Assembly (NCBI GenBank): GCA_035432945.1
Contig: DAORUA010000001.1
Coordinates: 3,500-53,645 of the forward strand
DNA from: Vicinamibacteria bacterium
GTDB taxonomy: Bacteria; Acidobacteriota; Vicinamibacteria; Fen-336; JAGNNV01
DNA length: 50,146 nt
Direction of reading: 5' to 3'
Translations under genes and position numbers: made by a program
The notes under the pieces: model-generated
The model's database searches: none
What the model was told of the DNA's origin: nothing
Seen by the model: only the letters and a program-made list of their open reading frames with translations
Shown: positions 48,782 through 50,146 of the stretch, piece by piece
How the letters are laid out: each line of letters opens with the position of its first letter
How positions within the stretch are numbered: the stretch's first letter is position 1

Positions 48782-50146
48782 ATGAAACGCTTTGGTCTGG
48801 CCCCGGCCCTCCTCGCCCTTCTCGCCACGAACGCTCTCGCCGATCTCGACAAGAACGCGAAGAAGTGGGTCGAAGAAGTGCGGCCCATCATCCTGCCCGA
48901 GGAGGAGAAGGCCTACAAGGGCCTCAAGAACAATGCGGACGCCGCCGAGTTCCAGAAGATCTTCTGGGCCCGCCGCGATCCGGATCTCGACACTCCCGTG
49001 AACGAGTTCCAGGCCGAATACGTGAAGACCGTGGCCGAGGTCGACGCGAAGTTCAAGGTCGCGGGCCGGACCGGTTCGCAGACCGACTGCGGGCGGATCA
49101 CCATCCTCCTCGGCGCGCCCGACGCGGTGAAGAAGGAGCAGACGGCTGAGGTGTCCTTCCGCTCTCCCGAGACCTGGACCTACAAGGACCGGCCCAACAT
49201 GACTTTCAAGGGCGGCTCCATCGAAATTCCCCTCGACGGCACCTGCATGCTGCCCCAGGGGAATCGTTTCGCCGAGCAGCTGAATCGGCTCGCCGAGTTC
49301 AGGATCGTCCAGACCAACCTCTCCTACAAGTTCGATCCCAAGGGCGGGCTGGTCAAGCTCGTCGATCTGCTGCCGAAGCCCACTCCCGTCCAGGCTCTCC
49401 TGAAGGAGCCGCGCACCGACTTCCAGCTCGACGCGAAGCCGGTGATGGAGATTCGCTCGCAGGACGGAGCCTCGGTCTTTGTGGCCGGTCTCATCCAGGG
49501 CGACGCCTCGGGTCTGACCGTGACGGAGGCGGGCGGGAAGAAGGTCGCGAAGGTGGTGGTCTCGGTTCACACCACGGACAAGGAAGGCCGCGTCCTCAAG
49601 TCGATGGATCGCGACGTCACCGCCGATATCGTCGACAACAAGTTCGTTTCCGCCTTCGGCATGCCGCTGCGCCCGGGCGAGCACAACATGAAGATCGCCG
49701 CCATCGATCCCAAGACGAGCAAGGGCGCGGTGGCCCAGCTCGCGATCAAGACCCAGGACTACGGGGCCGAACTCACGCTGTCTCCGGTCATGGTTCTCGC
49801 CGACATCCAGGAAGGTGCGGTGCCCGCGAAGGACGACCCTCTCTTTGAATTCACCTTCGGCGCGACCCGGTTCGTGCCCCGATACGGGAATGTCTTCAAG
49901 AAGAGCGAAACCGTGACCCTTCTGGCCGCGATCTACGGGGCTCAGAAGGACGAGGCGGGGAAGATCTCGGTGACCGGCGGCTTCCAGATCGTCAAGGACG
50001 GCAAGACGATCGCCAAGGCCCCGGATCAGACCTACGAGGTCGAGCCCGCGACACCCTCAGCCGGTCCGGTGCCGCTCGGCGGCTACGCCCCGGGCAAGTA
50101 CCTCGCTCAGCTTCGCCTGCGCGACAACGTGGCGAAGAAGGACCAC
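48782..50146 (+). CDS. GWxTD-domain family secreted protein; 3' end runs off the right edge
   Basis: Absent from the ORF track because there is no stop in the window. My translation from ATG 48782 is open for 455 codons. It starts MKRFGLAPALLALLATNALA and contains EFQKIFWARRDPDLDTPVNEFQAEY and GSQTDCGRITILLGAPD, which is the position of the GWxTD-RG motif. The minus-strand track ORF 48632..49684 is its antisense artefact. Confidence 0.8.
   Translation, partial: MKRFGLAPALLALLATNALADLDKNAKKWVEEVRPIILPEEEKAYKGLKNNADAAEFQKIFWARRDPDLDTPVNEFQAEYVKTVAEVDAKFKVAGRTGSQTDCGRITILLGAPDAVKKEQTAEVSFRSPETWTYKDRPNMTFKGGSIEIPLDGTCMLPQGNRFAEQLNRLAEFRIVQTNLSYKFDPKGGLVKLVDLLPKPTPVQALLKEPRTDFQLDAKPVMEIRSQDGASVFVAGLIQGDASGLTVTEAGGKKVAKVVVSVHTTDKEGRVLKSMDRDVTADIVDNKFVSAFGMPLRPGEHNMKIAAIDPKTSKGAVAQLAIKTQDYGAELTLSPVMVLADIQEGAVPAKDDPLFEFTFGATRFVPRYGNVFKKSETVTLLAAIYGAQKDEAGKISVTGGFQIVKDGKTIAKAPDQTYEVEPATPSAGPVPLGGYAPGKYLAQLRLRDNVAKKDH

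Noticed and set aside
46418-49684. Minus-strand ORFs 46418..47434 (338 aa) and 48632..49684 (350 aa)
   Set aside because: They are antisense to the PEGA gene and to the GWxTD gene. Both of those have signal peptides, and the PEGA gene also has a Shine-Dalgarno sequence. The 350-aa ORF only looks unopposed because the true plus-strand gene is missing from the track.
1-50146. Search for tRNA, rRNA or other ncRNA genes, IS elements, integrases, prophage or defence-island genes
   Set aside because: Non-coding DNA totals only about 1.2 kb in pieces of 171 bp or less, with no cloverleaf-like or rRNA-like sequence. No ORF shows transposase (DDE), recombinase, nuclease/helicase or toxin-antitoxin hallmarks. 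Apart from the RCC1 head, the composition looks native.

Overview
High-GC bacterial chromosomal segment (about two-thirds G+C by spot counts), possibly Acidobacteriota-like because it encodes GWxTD and PEGA proteins (inference). All calls come from reading the sequence and recognising motifs by eye; no searches were run. I call 31 protein genes with almost no non-coding DNA, since every intergenic gap is 171 bp or shorter. I found no rRNA, tRNA, CRISPR array, transposase, integrase or phage genes.

Layout:
- 1..10681 (minus): three large secreted proteins. These are an M4 thermolysin-like protease (cut by the left edge and absent from the ORF track), a metzincin/Calx-beta/FG-GAP protein, and a 1789-aa RCC1(x14)/Calx-beta/FG-GAP protein.
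- 10754..35272 (minus): a very compact 17-gene glycan operon. It encodes two AsnB-type amidotransferases, a FemAB-like transferase, a CE4-like deacetylase, Wzm/Wzt ABC export, two lyase-fold proteins, a bi-domain oxidoreductase, GT4, GT2 and DUF354 enzymes, and two GT-C-like membrane proteins.
- 35348..38384 (plus): a third AsnB and a GT4.
- 38403..45603 (minus): a MacA/MacB-type exporter with two permeases, a Yip1-like protein and a fourth AsnB.
- 45754..50146: a MOSC protein, a secreted Gly/Tyr-rich PEGA protein, a standalone PBP-fold protein and a GWxTD protein (cut by the right edge and absent from the track).

Best candidates for something undescribed:
- The shared, about 83% identical Calx-beta/FG-GAP tail carried by two unrelated enzymatic or propeller heads.
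- The four-amidotransferase, FemAB-containing, ABC-exported glycan pathway placed directly upstream of those proteins.
- The Gly/Tyr-rich PEGA protein.

The many long ORFs antisense to these genes are high-GC artefacts.
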